Source of the DNA: Octopus bimaculoides
Taxonomy: Eukaryota
DNA length: 64,000 nucleotides
Assembly (NCBI RefSeq): GCF_001194135.2
Contig: NC_068981.1
Location: 172,276,507-172,340,506, forward strand
Direction of reading: 5' to 3'
Shown: piece by piece, positions 37,298 through 49,766 of the stretch
Layout: each line of letters begins with the position of its first letter
Numbering within the stretch: the first letter of the stretch is position 1
Notes under the pieces: model-generated
Database searches by the model: none
What the model saw: only the letters and a program-made list of their open reading frames with translations
Told to the model about the DNA's origin: nothing
Position numbers and translations under genes: made by a program

Positions 37298-37606
37298 TCT
37301 TACTATAATGGGCGTTATGTCTGTCTGTCCCCTCTTCATGATCAAATGGGTGGACCAATGGTCACAGTGTTTTTTGGGATTATGAAGGAGGTAATTAGGA
37401 AGGTTTTTAGCAAAAAACATTAAAAAGTATGATTATTTAGTGGATACTGAGTTTTGTATCAATAAATCACCTTTGATTTTTTTTGTTAAAATTCCGGTGA
37501 CAAGGATTAACTCTGGATTTCCACCCCCGTATAGTTCGTGAATTTAGAGGGTTTAGATTTGCAATACTATCCCTTTATTTCCCATCATAGATGGGCAGAT
37601 TTGCTA
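37298..37606 (+). mobile_element. Short non-autonomous Helitron unit (309 bp)
   Basis: A|TCTTACTATAATGGG 5' end. Hairpin CCCATC-ATA-GATGGG (37581-37595) followed by CAGATTTGCTA at the 3' end. Confidence 0.75.
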
Positions 37607-38686
37607 TCTTACTATAATGGGTGTTCTGTCTTTGTGTTCTCCCTTTACAGTCAGACAGCTGGACCAATGGTTATGATATTTTGGGGGATTTCAAAGACAG
37701 TCATCAGGAAGGTTTTAGCATTAAAAAATCAGAAAGTATGATTATTTCGTAGATATCGATTTTTGAATTGATAAACCACCTTCGCATTTTCATCAAAAAT
37801 TCACTGACCACAAGCAACGCCGAATTTTCATCATATAGTTTGTGGCCCCATTGTAGATACAAAGGGGGTCGCAATGACAGTTAATAGTGAAGATGAAATG
37901 GAAAAAGTGCATGTGTGTGATTATTTAGTGATTATTGAAGTGTGTCAGTCTCAAGCCGGATCCGAAGCAGTTGTTGTCTACATCTTAGTTTTGTCAATCA
38001 AAATAACCCAATGGTATCAGAACATCCAGACAATATTTGCTTAGAAGAGGTAAGTCTTAGTTTGATTTTTTGCACCCCTAAAGATTTCACTTTCACATTC
38101 ACAGCAAACAAGGCACAGGGCCAGACTTTAAATCATATAGGTGTATTTTTACCCACTCCGATGTTTACACATGGCCAGCTATACGTTGCTATTAGTAGTG
38201 CAACAGACTAATAATTTGAAAATTAGTGCCGACCAAACAGAAAATATCATCAACAAAGAAGTTTTGTAATATGATTCATAATTTAAATAAGGAAATTTGT
38301 GAACTTTGTATGTATAAGAGTATAAACAAGTGTAAAATTGTGTAAACAACTAAAATAAAAGTATATCTAAATAACATTTTTTCTTAATACTTTTTATGTA
38401 GTGGTCGAAGGAAGCTCTGGCTTTTGTTAAGAGTGGTCTACATAACCATTCATGATACAGAAGCTATGAGCCTATTTCAGTTCAGGAGTGAATAGTCATC
38501 GCATCACTTAGTCACAAACATGTTATATATAGCTGCAATAGAAGGCTGTATCACCAAAAATAATGTGATTTCTCTAAGACATCCTAGTAATCTATCAAAC
38601 CCATTTACACATTTCTCAATACATACTGCTGTTATGACTTCCCTCCCTCATTTTGTGCCGCCATTGTAGATGGGCAGATTTGCTAG
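37607..38686 (+). mobile_element. Helitron unit with RepHel helicase remnant (1080 bp)
   Basis: A|TCTTACTATAATGGG 5' end. The first ~240 bp are homologous to unit 1. The 3' hairpin GCCGCCATTGTAGATGGGC is followed by AGATTTGCTAG|T (CTAG at 38683-38686). Confidence 0.85.
38086..38269 (+). pseudogene. C-terminal fragment of Helitron PIF1-family helicase
   Basis: FTFTANKAQGQTLNHIGVFLPTPMFTHGQLYVAISS, then after a frameshift TENIINKEVL*. Matches PIF1 motifs V/VI (FAMTINKSQGQTL...VFSHGQLYVALSR) and the typical RepHel end (T.NIVYKEVL). Confidence 0.88.
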
Positions 38687-41600
38687 TATTCTTAATGCAG
38701 TAGAATGTGTGTGTTTTTGGTAACATGCCTGATAATGTTGTTGTGCACGGTAGTGTGATGTATATTGTGTAATAGATTTCTTTTTTTAGATGAATTGTAA
38801 TTTGAACAAATTGATGTAGATAAATTGTATTACTAGTCAGATGGCATTAGATAAATTGTAGACAAATTGTTCTAGACAAATCATTGTAAACAAATTCACC
38901 AACATATCACATAGTAGATGCTATTCTTTTTATGGCTATTGTCAGCATTTGAACTTGCTAATGGACCTTTTTTTTTTTTTCTTATTGGTCATATAGACAA
39001 TGTCTTTCATTTTTTAAATTCCTTTCTTGTTACTTATGCTAAGGATATGGTTTTTGTCAATCTTCCTACAAGCTCAATGAAAAGAGCTTGTTTTCTCACA
39101 TAGAAAAACACAAAAGCGTTCATACCATCTAAAAGCTCTGCTCTTCTTTTCTTGACTTGACAAAGTAGCTCTGTCATTTCACCAAAATAAATATTTTTAA
39201 TATGGTTTCACAAAATGCATCATATATCCTAAATATGTAGTAGACAATGAGAAAGTTAAATTATGTATTTGAAAGATTGTTAATGAGGACTAATGAGGTT
39301 TAAAATTAATGTAGTCATTCATATAGACTCTGTATTCCTTTTTACATCATCCAAGCAGAGATTGTTGCTTCTGGGGTTTTCTAAGTATTATAACTAGGAT
39401 CTCATTACAAAAATTTGAAAACTGATAGTTTTGTGTTCAGAGATTTGAGGATACCAATACACAAGCGCTACATCAACTAGTGGCAGGAATGACAACAGCA
39501 TAATGAATGTTGCTTTTCTCTAAATACAAAAACAAATAAGTCAAGAAGCCAATAAACATTTCAATCTGATGTTTAGTGAGATTTCAATGTTTTATAACAA
39601 TCTAAATCATGCATAATTTATGTGCATTCTCGCTATAGCAATTTCACTTCTGTAACTAACAGTGTGATCAGTCATGAATCAAAGATGACTGGAGTTACCT
39701 TATAGATAAATTCTGTATCCTAAGTTATCTAACTTACAAATTTCATTATATGATCTCAAGAATTTAGATGAATAAACTAATGTTTAGAATGTTTGTTTCT
39801 ATTGATAGCAAATGGATTCTCTTTACACAAATCATATACAAACCCTTGGATGTTGCATCAAGATAGGAGTAGTGTGGGCTGAAAGTTTTTATTACAATCA
39901 GACTAAAATTAATTTGAATAGGTGAATTTGAGAAAAGATAAATTGTTGGTATGCTCAAAAAGTCCAGTCCAAGTTAAGTGATAATAATGATTTGGATGTG
40001 TTATTCAACAAACATAAGCTGGATGAAATATAGCTAAGACTCAAATGTCTTAAAGAACAGGCATCAGAAGAGAGACAACACTGAAAACCCTCCTGCAATG
40101 CTAGTAAATTAAATTTAAAACCAGTGAGAACTAGTTTTATATGTGGTTACATTTTATAAATACAACCCAATTCAACAGTAATGTCATTCTAGATGAAAAT
40201 TCTAATTGATTGTACATAATCTATGCTACAAGACATTGATAAAAGCAATAAGCATTTATAAATTTTCCATGAAAACATTTAAGGCATTCTACATAGCTTT
40301 TAGCTTATTTGTATTGCATTTTCTTTATTGACTTGAAAGGTTCTTTTCCATTTCATTCTGAAATAAAATGTAATTTTGAACGATAAATTGCAATATAGAA
40401 ATTAAAATAACAATAAATAATAGTAGGTGCTTAGATTTGATTCCTTTTTGCCTTTATTTAATGCAGTTCTTAACGTGTTGAAATTGAAAGGTACTTGATT
40501 AGTTGTGACTTCTATTGATTAGTTTATCCTCAAATATAGGACAGCCATGACAGTAAAACAGGTAGGAAGCAGCAAGGAAGATATAAAAGAGGGATAATGC
40601 TATTAGAGTGATGTAGAAACAGTGTAACCTTTGTTCTATTATTCACAGGAATCCAGTGTAAATGATCCACCTTTTAAATTTCAAAAGATACAAGGTTATG
40701 GGAGAATAGTCAAGTATGAATAGCTTTGAATCTTCTTTCAGCATGGCTTTGTTATGACTGTTTTAAGAAAAATTTCATTTTCACTAACTTAAATTTGTTT
40801 AGTTTATGTACTGTTAGTTTTATTGTATTTTTATATAAATTGTTATTAGACAATAATATTTTTTAGTTGCACTATCACATTCGTGTGACAACCATTCAAA
40901 GATAATTGGAAACAACTACCCCAAAGAATATAATTACAAGTGTTTGGATAACCTCCAAAAATTAAGTTGATACAAATAATTATTTATTACAATAATAATT
41001 TCTTGCAAAGTACGCATATAAAATATAAAACAGTACACAAACCATTATCATTTTCCTTGAATAAAATTCCTTAAACCCTGTATTGGTTGATCATATGAGA
41101 AAGTGTTTTAAATTAAATGTACTTTATTATAGCAGAGATATTAAATATCTAACATTTTTAAAGAAGATATTATTTGTGGAATTACTTGGAAAAAAACCTA
41201 TGAGAGCTACACTTTGCTTTTTTTCCAATTTAAATAAAACATCTTCAATCAATAGTTTCCATAGCAAGAGTCTTATAACATGGAAGCATTTTATAATTTG
41301 AATTGCTTGTGGTGTAAACAATTTACACACAGTCAAGTCAAAAACTAAAATATAACACGGTATTAAATCATTTTTTTAGGTTCATTTTCTTCATCTGACT
41401 GTTTTTGTAACATTCTTGTGTATGTGTGTGTGTTTTGTACCAGGGTCATTAAATACACATATTTTGATGCAAAATACTATTTTTTCTTGTTTTTGTTAAC
41501 CTCTAATACAACATCTGTTATAACAATAAAAATCCCCTTTCTATAAGAAGTTGTTTCTTTTTTTTTAAATAGCAAACAAAAGAAACAAAATGTTTTGTGT

Positions 41601-43039
41601 GATAAGATTGGTTTTAGGAATAAGAATGAAATTAATATTTTTAAAGGAATAAATTAGGATTGGTGCTGAAAAGAAGCGGCTACTAATTTTAATTCATATA
41701 CTTTATAACCTTTGTTGCTACCAACATATTCACTCACTCATATTGACAACTTATTTAGATTAAATGAAGAGATTGAATTTGCAAGAGAGCTTCTAAGGCA
41801 TTATCCAACTAGCTAGAAACAGCTAGTTCTTCTCCACCTCCTGTAATCACACCTCATCATGTTAAATAAGGAAGGATACTTTAGAATTGTAATTCCTGAC
41901 GTAGAGAAGTTGAGATAGCCACAGGTGGAATAGCTTTGACTATAGATAGGTCTGCTCACTTAGAACTAATATAGGGTTAAACAACTTATTGCTGAGAAAA
42001 GGAAATCTAATATATCTTCACAAATAAGCATTTCTCTTAATGTATGAGAATCTTTTACAGAAAATGTTTGCAACACATTTAAAATATGTTAGTTACCTTC
42101 AGTCAACTATAAAAGATTGTAGCTTTCTCCAGAAAGATATATTTACAGCCTTGTTGTGTTGTTAATCATGAAATTAGAAGTTATCCAGTTCACATTATAT
42201 CACATTATCTGTATAGAATGCTGTTATCAATACTTGTAGCTTTAAGTAATCTAGGCAAGCCTAATAAAAAGAAGTAAACATGAAGTTGGTAAGGAAATGC
42301 TGGTGGTGGTAGAAAAGGCCAGTATGACTTAATAATTATCACTCAGTCACTCATGAGGTCAAAGTTCAGGATTACTGACCATGTTCTTATTACAAATACA
42401 ACTATTGTACTGAACCTTCAAAATACTGTCGCTCTACTTGCCTCAGTTTACATTATTATGTATGGGTTTTACTCCTACCACACTGTTGTGTAATTAACAT
42501 TATGAAAGATGTCCATTTGCAAAAACAATTACTCTACCATGAACATCCCACTCATACTAGAACAAAAAGTGAATGAAAAATAACCAAAGAACTGCTTAAG
42601 ACTATAATGAGAACAAAAGGACTGAGGATATTGATATCATTTTCAACTGTTACAAATGTTCAAGTAAACCATGAATGGATGTGCCTAGATATTGTATAGC
42701 TTTTGAATATCGTCTTTAGAAAGATTATAATCAATATAAGTGAAGTGAAAACCAGATGTCAGCTCCTTATTGTACAAACTGATTCAAAATATATATTTTA
42801 TTTACATTTGTGTCCCAGTATTATCATAGGTTTGTGTGATTCCAGAAATATCTCAGAACTCTTCAGCTTAAACTGCTTCATTTGAATTGAGAGTGGTACC
42901 TGGTTTTATTTAGTAGACTGAAATATGTCATGGAAATGTTTGTTTTGCAGGAATGCTGCTACATTTTAACCATTCAGATACCCATGTACCAATCATTCAT
43001 TGCTTTTTACTAGCTTTTAAATCAATTAACTCTGAAAAG

Positions 43040-43075
<36 letters not shown>

Positions 43076-43499
43076 AGCAATAAAGTTGGTGGTTTGTACA
43101 AATTTGGATATTTGCAAATATACTTCAACAAGTATTTATGCAGCTGGATATGCTTCCTATTGCTAATCATTCAACCTTAAAGTGAATGTTACACTTAATT
43201 TTCATCTAATCATACTAAAATGAGTAGTTTACTTTCGTTAGGAATATATGACAGCAGGTGGCTTAAAACAAGCAATTGTGACTACCCACAACTAAGTTCA
43301 CTTTACCTATTATCACTTGATTAAATTGAAATAGAGTGATCAGTAAAATAAATGTGACAGGTTCTGTTTGCCACAGTGTATTCTATACAGTCAATACAGA
43401 GGCATTTTAATGGATCAGTCAGAAGAAAGACAGTTTCCATGACCTCCATAGACTTTCCAAGACTAATAAGATTGACATAGTTGAAACTCAGTTTTAACA

Positions 43500-44170
43500 T
43501 ACAGAAGTCAAAATCTGCAAGAAAATAGACATGAGAAGGGAATTCAAAAGGGTTAATATTCTAGGGAGGAATTGATTTGGCTAGTGCAAGATACAGTATA
43601 GGTGATGAGAGTAGGGGGAACATATCTGTGGTTCTGGTTAGAAATGGTATATAAACAGCTAGATCAGAGGAACTGTTGGCATTTTAAGTAGAGAAGAAAA
43701 ACAGTGCATCTGTAGGCCAGAGTTTCTGAGTCTATGTCAGCAGATGGCTGTCTTTCAGAATGTTTTTTGAGTATAGCAGCAGGATGTGAGAGAGGTATTT
43801 GATTGTGGGTTTTATTTTCGTAGAGAATCAATAGCTGTTCATTGCTAAAACATATTTTTGACTCTGAAGAGAAAGGCCAGTCTTTTGGGTTTGACTTTTG
43901 TTATATCAAGTGGTAATAGACAAAGTGAACTTGGTTGCATAGTAGTTCTAGGATGGATAGAACATGCTACCAAATTGTCCAGCATTTTGATCTCAAAATC
44001 ATTGTTTCTTGTGTTTTACAGTTAATGTCTATTAATGAGAACCAGTCATTGAGACAATAGTAATTGAAAACAGAATTTCCTCATTCTACCATCTTGCCTT
44101 GAAAGAATATGATCATGCCACTATCGAGTTCAGAGAGTGATTCCTGAAAACATTTGTCGATAGTTGAGAG
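43500..44170 (-). mobile_element. CR1/L2/Jockey-group LINE, RT C-terminal relic
   Basis: Minus-strand fragments LAFLFRVK...SNEQLLILY, SHI and FLPRILTLLNSLP resemble the post-RT region ending in F.PRT..LWNSLP. Confidence 0.55.
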
Positions 44171-44355
44171 CCCTTTCTATTATTTTAATCTAAAGTGGCT
44201 ACTGTGATTATTTATCAACTGCAAACATTTAAAGCAACTATTTTTAAAAGTTTGGATACCATTGTATTGATATGGAAAAATATGAGGGGACAACACTGGT
44301 ATGCAAACTGATGTCCATTAGTTTACAGTACTACAACTTCATGTTTGCATAAATA

Positions 44356-44395
<40 letters not shown>

Positions 44396-44605
44396 AGAAA
44401 GAAAGAAAGAGAGTGAGAGCAAGTATGCACATCTGCAATTGCATTTAAAAAATATTGCCAAATGGTGTTTGCCTGAGGCGAAACTGTTATAATTTATGTT
44501 CTGTTGTTGATAGCTCAATAACGAGCATTTCATTACTGTTTTGCCTAACTTTATATTTTATCTTCTCCATCTTTCTCTTATTCTCTTTCTTTTTCTCTCT
44601 CTTTC

Positions 44606-44607
<2 letters not shown>

Positions 44608-44655
<48 letters not shown>

Positions 44656-44700
44656 CATACATACATACATACATACATACATACATACATACATACATAC
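44608..44700. repeat. Compound microsatellite (TG)n(TA)n(TACA)n
   Basis: Direct reading. Confidence 0.98.
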
Positions 44701-45779
44701 ACGCACCCTTTGCTGCTTTCTATCTCTCTTCATTTTTGTTGTTGTAATCCTGTTTTAGTGTTTTTGTTAATTATTATATCATTTTCTCTTTGTTACCCAT
44801 TCACTCTAAAATTACTCTTTTCTCAGACCTTGTTAGTTACCTTTTTTTCTTCATCTCACACTGCCATCCATCAAAGTCTCCACTGCTTCCAGTCTCCACC
44901 AACTTACTGGTCACAGCCTTTAACCCCTTCTCTAGGCTCCACCATCTACAGTTTCTTCTCTCCATTTATCATAGTCTGGTCATATACACATTAGTCATCA
45001 ATGTTACCTTTGTTGTATTGTGCTTCATCATTATAGTGGAGTGAAAGTACAGTTACTTTTTCTTTTTTTATTCTTTTCTAAATTTCCCTAAAATTCAATA
45101 ATCTCAATCTTAAGAATAGCTTACATGAGGAAAGAAACCTTCCCCTTGTGTTTGTAAAAGTAATAAATTTGAAAATGCAAGACAGGGGGCATAAGCTATC
45201 AGAGCTGTTTTCAACTATTTTCTTCTCACATTCAATTGACATCTTCATTTTTTTAATTAAGTAGATTGAAGAATACATCCTTAATTAAACATTGAGTGAA
45301 TACAATCTCTGATGATGAAGTTATAATACTAATTTATCATCCATACTGTTATTGACCAAAATTATCATTTCTGTTCTTGTCCTCAAAGAGAGAAAGGATT
45401 TCTCTTTCTCAAATGGTAGCCTTTAATTTCTTTTTAGATAGAAGGTACTTAACATTTCTCAAATAAATTTCTATTGTGTTAATGATGAATCTTTTTTATT
45501 TCCATGATACTGAGAAATCCAAGTACTTTCAGTTAAAATTGATCAGATTTATTGATTTTAATTCCTTTTTTACTTTACACCTATCAGTATGCTTTGTAAT
45601 TCCTTATTTGGTAAATTGTAAAGCTAAAATATTTCTGTCAATAGGAAAACATTTCAATGTGATTTAACTGTGTGGTGAAGGGGTTTTACTAATTAAAACT
45701 CATCCTCAGTTATTGTGTTGTGCATCTAACTGAAAAAACAAATAACTTTCAAAGGCAACTTTTCTACCTATTGAAGCAG

Positions 45780-46345
45780 TTATTCTACTAATTATTCATC
45801 GACCATGTTCACCATCTGCTGAATTCACCTCTATTCCCCCTCTTTATTCTGTTGCAGTCTCCTTTCTTACTCTTGCAAACTTCCCTCTCCATTCACCCTG
45901 TCCAATCCTCTGTAGCATTTACATTTATTTTCTTGTAACTGGAGGATATACCCTGACTAGTCTTCACCACCAGCTTCTCACTTTTCCAATTGAAGTAGCT
46001 ATGTATCTCCTCTTCTACAGCAAGACACCTGTTCCTATCCCTCTATCATACTGTAAACTTTCATCATCTAGTATAAAGCCACCTCCTTTAATTCTACACC
46101 CAACTCAATTGAGGGATTTTGTCTTACAAGTTACTTAGTGACCTTACTAGTGCTAGTGCCATATAAAAAAAACTCCTTGTACACTTTGTAAAGTGATTGG
46201 TGTTAGGAAGGATATCCAACCATAGAAACCATACCAAAATAGACTGTGGAGCTTGACACAGTCCTCTGGCTCATTAACTCCTATTGAATCATCCAACCCA
46301 TGCCAGTATGGAAAACAGAAATTAAATTGTAATGATGGTGATGTC
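45780..46345 (+). mobile_element. Retroposon 3' end: pyrimidine-rich spacer + RTE-type tail
   Basis: CAAGACACCTGTT motif and tail AAGTGATTGGTGTTAGGAAGGATATCC...CCAACCCATGCCAGTATGGAAAAC...ATGATGGTGATG, as at 25780-26080. Confidence 0.6.
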
Positions 46346-46693
46346 TAACTTGCTGAAGCATCTTATCAATGTTAATACATAACAAGGAAAAGCAAATGTT
46401 AAAAATTCTTTCTAAAAATATGAAATTGACTTTTAGCTTTCAGTAATTTGTCTAACATATAAACTTCTAGATGTCTCAGCCTATGGAGAGCTAATTCAGA
46501 CAACTCACATTTCTGTGATCAACTTTTCATCTGATTTCTCAAAGATCAATAGTCTAATACCAATATTATTTTGGGGACAAGCCAGTTTGGTAAATTTTTC
46601 TTTTGTATAAAATGTATGCTTTCTAAAAGAAAATCAATAACCAGTGTATTTTTTATACAGAATGTTAAGCTTTTGTATCTTCTGTAACCCACA

Positions 46694-46814
<121 letters not shown>

Positions 46815-47135
46815 AATAACTCCTTCGTTATTCTACTGTTTTATTTTAATTTAGCAGACACCTTTTCATATAACTTTATCAATATTTGTCTTAGTACCTC
46901 TAAATATTTTGTTTAATATTTCAGTCAAATATATCAGTATGTTGTTATTCATGTCTTTTGTTAAAATTCCTCACAGCCTCTCTTGGCTGCCATTACATAC
47001 TATGTGATCCAAATCAGTACTCATCTTTACTCTGTCTAGCTCTGTCATTGGTTATTGCAGAAATTAGTAACTGACTGCTTTTTATAGCTGTTATAAATAA
47101 ATGTGTGCATTTTCATTTTAAATCTGAATGAGCAT

Positions 47136-47215
47136 AAATTATTTTTGTTGATAGTAATGTATTCATAATTTGCCAAATTATTTTTGTTGATAGTAATGTA
47201 TTCATAATTTGCCAA
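47136..47215. repeat. Perfect 39-bp tandem duplication
   Basis: AAATTATTTTTGTTGATAGTAATGTATTCATAATTTGCC x2, followed by AA. Confidence 0.95.
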
Positions 47216-48317
47216 TAAACTTCTTACATCATAGCGAAGGTCAAGCTTGATATATCACCAATTAGTATTATTGATGAGTTGAAATTTATTCATTACTTGA
47301 ATGCAGTAAAAATAGATAAATAAAATTTTTTTTTAATAAAATAAATTTATCTGCAACTTTAGCTTGTGTATAAACACTTTGATTTGTGCATTTAATGGTG
47401 CAACAGTGTAAAACATCTGAGACCTGACCAGCTATTTTCATTAAAGGTTAGTTGAATATTGTGCTTGATGATCACTACTACTGCTATATCAACATCAATA
47501 TAGTTAGTGCTAATATTCCTGCTACATGCAACCAGAAAAAAGTTTATTGATCTTTCTACCACTGCTGTTATTACAACAGCTGCTACTGCTACTACCACTT
47601 CTATTGGTACTCTTGTGTGAAATAATATTTAGTTGTCTCTAAGCTCTGGTATATTAGTTTTTAGGTCAGCATTCTCTTTTACTATGCTGAGTCTATACAG
47701 TATAATAACCAGTAACAGCTATTACACTTTCTGTAATATCTAGTTCTGATGGCATACTATGATAGGGAGAAGAAATATCCTTTGAAAATACATCTTGAAA
47801 AATATGATAAAAATCATTTCAACATGTCTTTTTCTAAATGCACTTTTCCTGGTTATTTTTATCATAAAGAAATAATTTGAAAATAATATAAATCATTTTC
47901 AAATATTGTCATCCCCACCTTTCTCTTGATGCTTCTCATTCTATAGTTCATTCTTGTTGTTCCTTCAAGTAATAATTACCATTATAATAGATTTTACCAG
48001 GTGCTTTTTATCAATTCAGTTAAGCTGGCAGTAATTATTGAGAGAAATCTTTTCTGGACATTCTGAATAACCTTGTGTCTTGAGTTTCAATTATTATCTT
48101 GTGGAAAATAACTATTGTTATTTTTTCTTTTTCTTTTAATTTCTTGTCACAATGCAGTCTGATGATTGAAGCCATAATTGTGACAGTTTAGTGTGTTAAT
48201 AAACTCACTGAAATTCAAGAAAAAATTTGTTTGTCTCTTTTTATATAATTTATTAAATAATTATTTTATTATGTAAGAAACTATTATTATTGTTGATGTT
48301 ATTTTCATTATTTTATG

Positions 48318-48470
48318 TTCTGAGTTCAAATTCTGTCGAGGTTGACTTTGCATATCATCCTTTCGTAGTTAATAAAATAAGTATCAGTTGAGCACTAGGA
48401 TTGCTGTAATTGACTCACCCACTCCCCCAAAATTTCAGGCCTTGTGCCTTTAGTAGAAAGGATCATTATT
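48318..48470 (+). mobile_element. 5'-truncated SINE of the 1229 family
   Basis: GTTCTGAGTTCAAATTCTGTCGAGGTTGACTTTGC...AAATTTCAGGCCTTGTGCCTTTAGTAGAAAGG. Confidence 0.75.
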
Positions 48471-49647
48471 ATTCAGCTGCTATATCTAGTAATTATATCA
48501 TAGAGAGGGAAAATATTCTATATTTCAGTAATGTAGTCTTTTCTACAGTTAACATAGAATACATTTTTATCAAGTTACCCATTCCCATCACATGACTGTA
48601 TCATATCAGTTTTCTATTTAGCTTGTAACCTCTTTTAATTCCCAGCTGCTTTCTTAGTTTACCTGAACACAGTCTATCCTTTTAATCTAGCATGCACAAC
48701 CAACAAATTTCAGTCCACATGCCACTGTATCAAATTCTTTAGTAAATAAAATAAACTGAATATCTTTGTAAATTATTCCCAACCATCAAAAATTAATAAT
48801 TATGTTACTATAAATGCAACTAGCAGTAATAATTAGGTCATCTAAATCAATGAACCTATTTGATTTGCTTCTGGTGTAACTTCCGCAGTATTTTATGGGC
48901 TTCTGTTGTAAATTATAGATTTATACTTTTAGTCTTTTGATCACTAGTCCCATTATGGAGAATCAATTCTATTCTTTTAAAAAAGCAAAGTAAGGTGATT
49001 CTCTTGCTCTCTTTCTTTCTTTGTTTTAAACTATATCTAGTTCATCGTAATTAGTACATATCTTAACTGTAGATCTTTTACAATAGTTGTTGAACTTTTT
49101 GTCCATTCATAAATATTCCATGGCAAATATAACTTTTCACGTACCAAAATATTATAGGGAATTGATATACAATCAGAATTGATATATGTATCATAACTTG
49201 AGCTGGACTACTACAACAGCTTATATTTCATAATGTACATTAACTAATGAATATGCTTAATAAAACATCTTGGAAACCTTGAGAGAGCAACTTAGTTTGC
49301 TAAAGTTTTGGTGCCATGGCCCCAATTAGATGGTGTTTTTTTTACTGTTTCATCTCCACTTCATCTTCAGCATTAAACGATTTGAGATTACAGAATGAGA
49401 TTACAGTACTTTTTTTTAATTCTTTCTACACTGATCAATAAAGTGCTAGGCTAACATCTTAGATGTAAAAAATCAATAAGTATTCATAACTTCAGATCAT
49501 TTTTTTTTTTTTATTGTCATTTGTTAAAGATAGTACTATAAATGTTAATTATAACTCTTTAAAAACCATATGGATTTGTTTTAGTATTCAAAGTATTACT
49601 ATTTTAATCCTGTACTTTATTTCAGTAATACATTTCAAAGATTCTCA

Positions 49648-49697
<50 letters not shown>

Positions 49698-49707
49698 NNN
49701 NNNNNNN

Positions 49708-49766
<59 letters not shown>

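Noticed and set aside
44455-44994. ORFs made of CV/YI/HT/LS repeats (also 22387-23159, 32115-32772, 46546-46916, 56481-57062, 62851-63120)
   Set aside because: They are translations of microsatellites or N runs.
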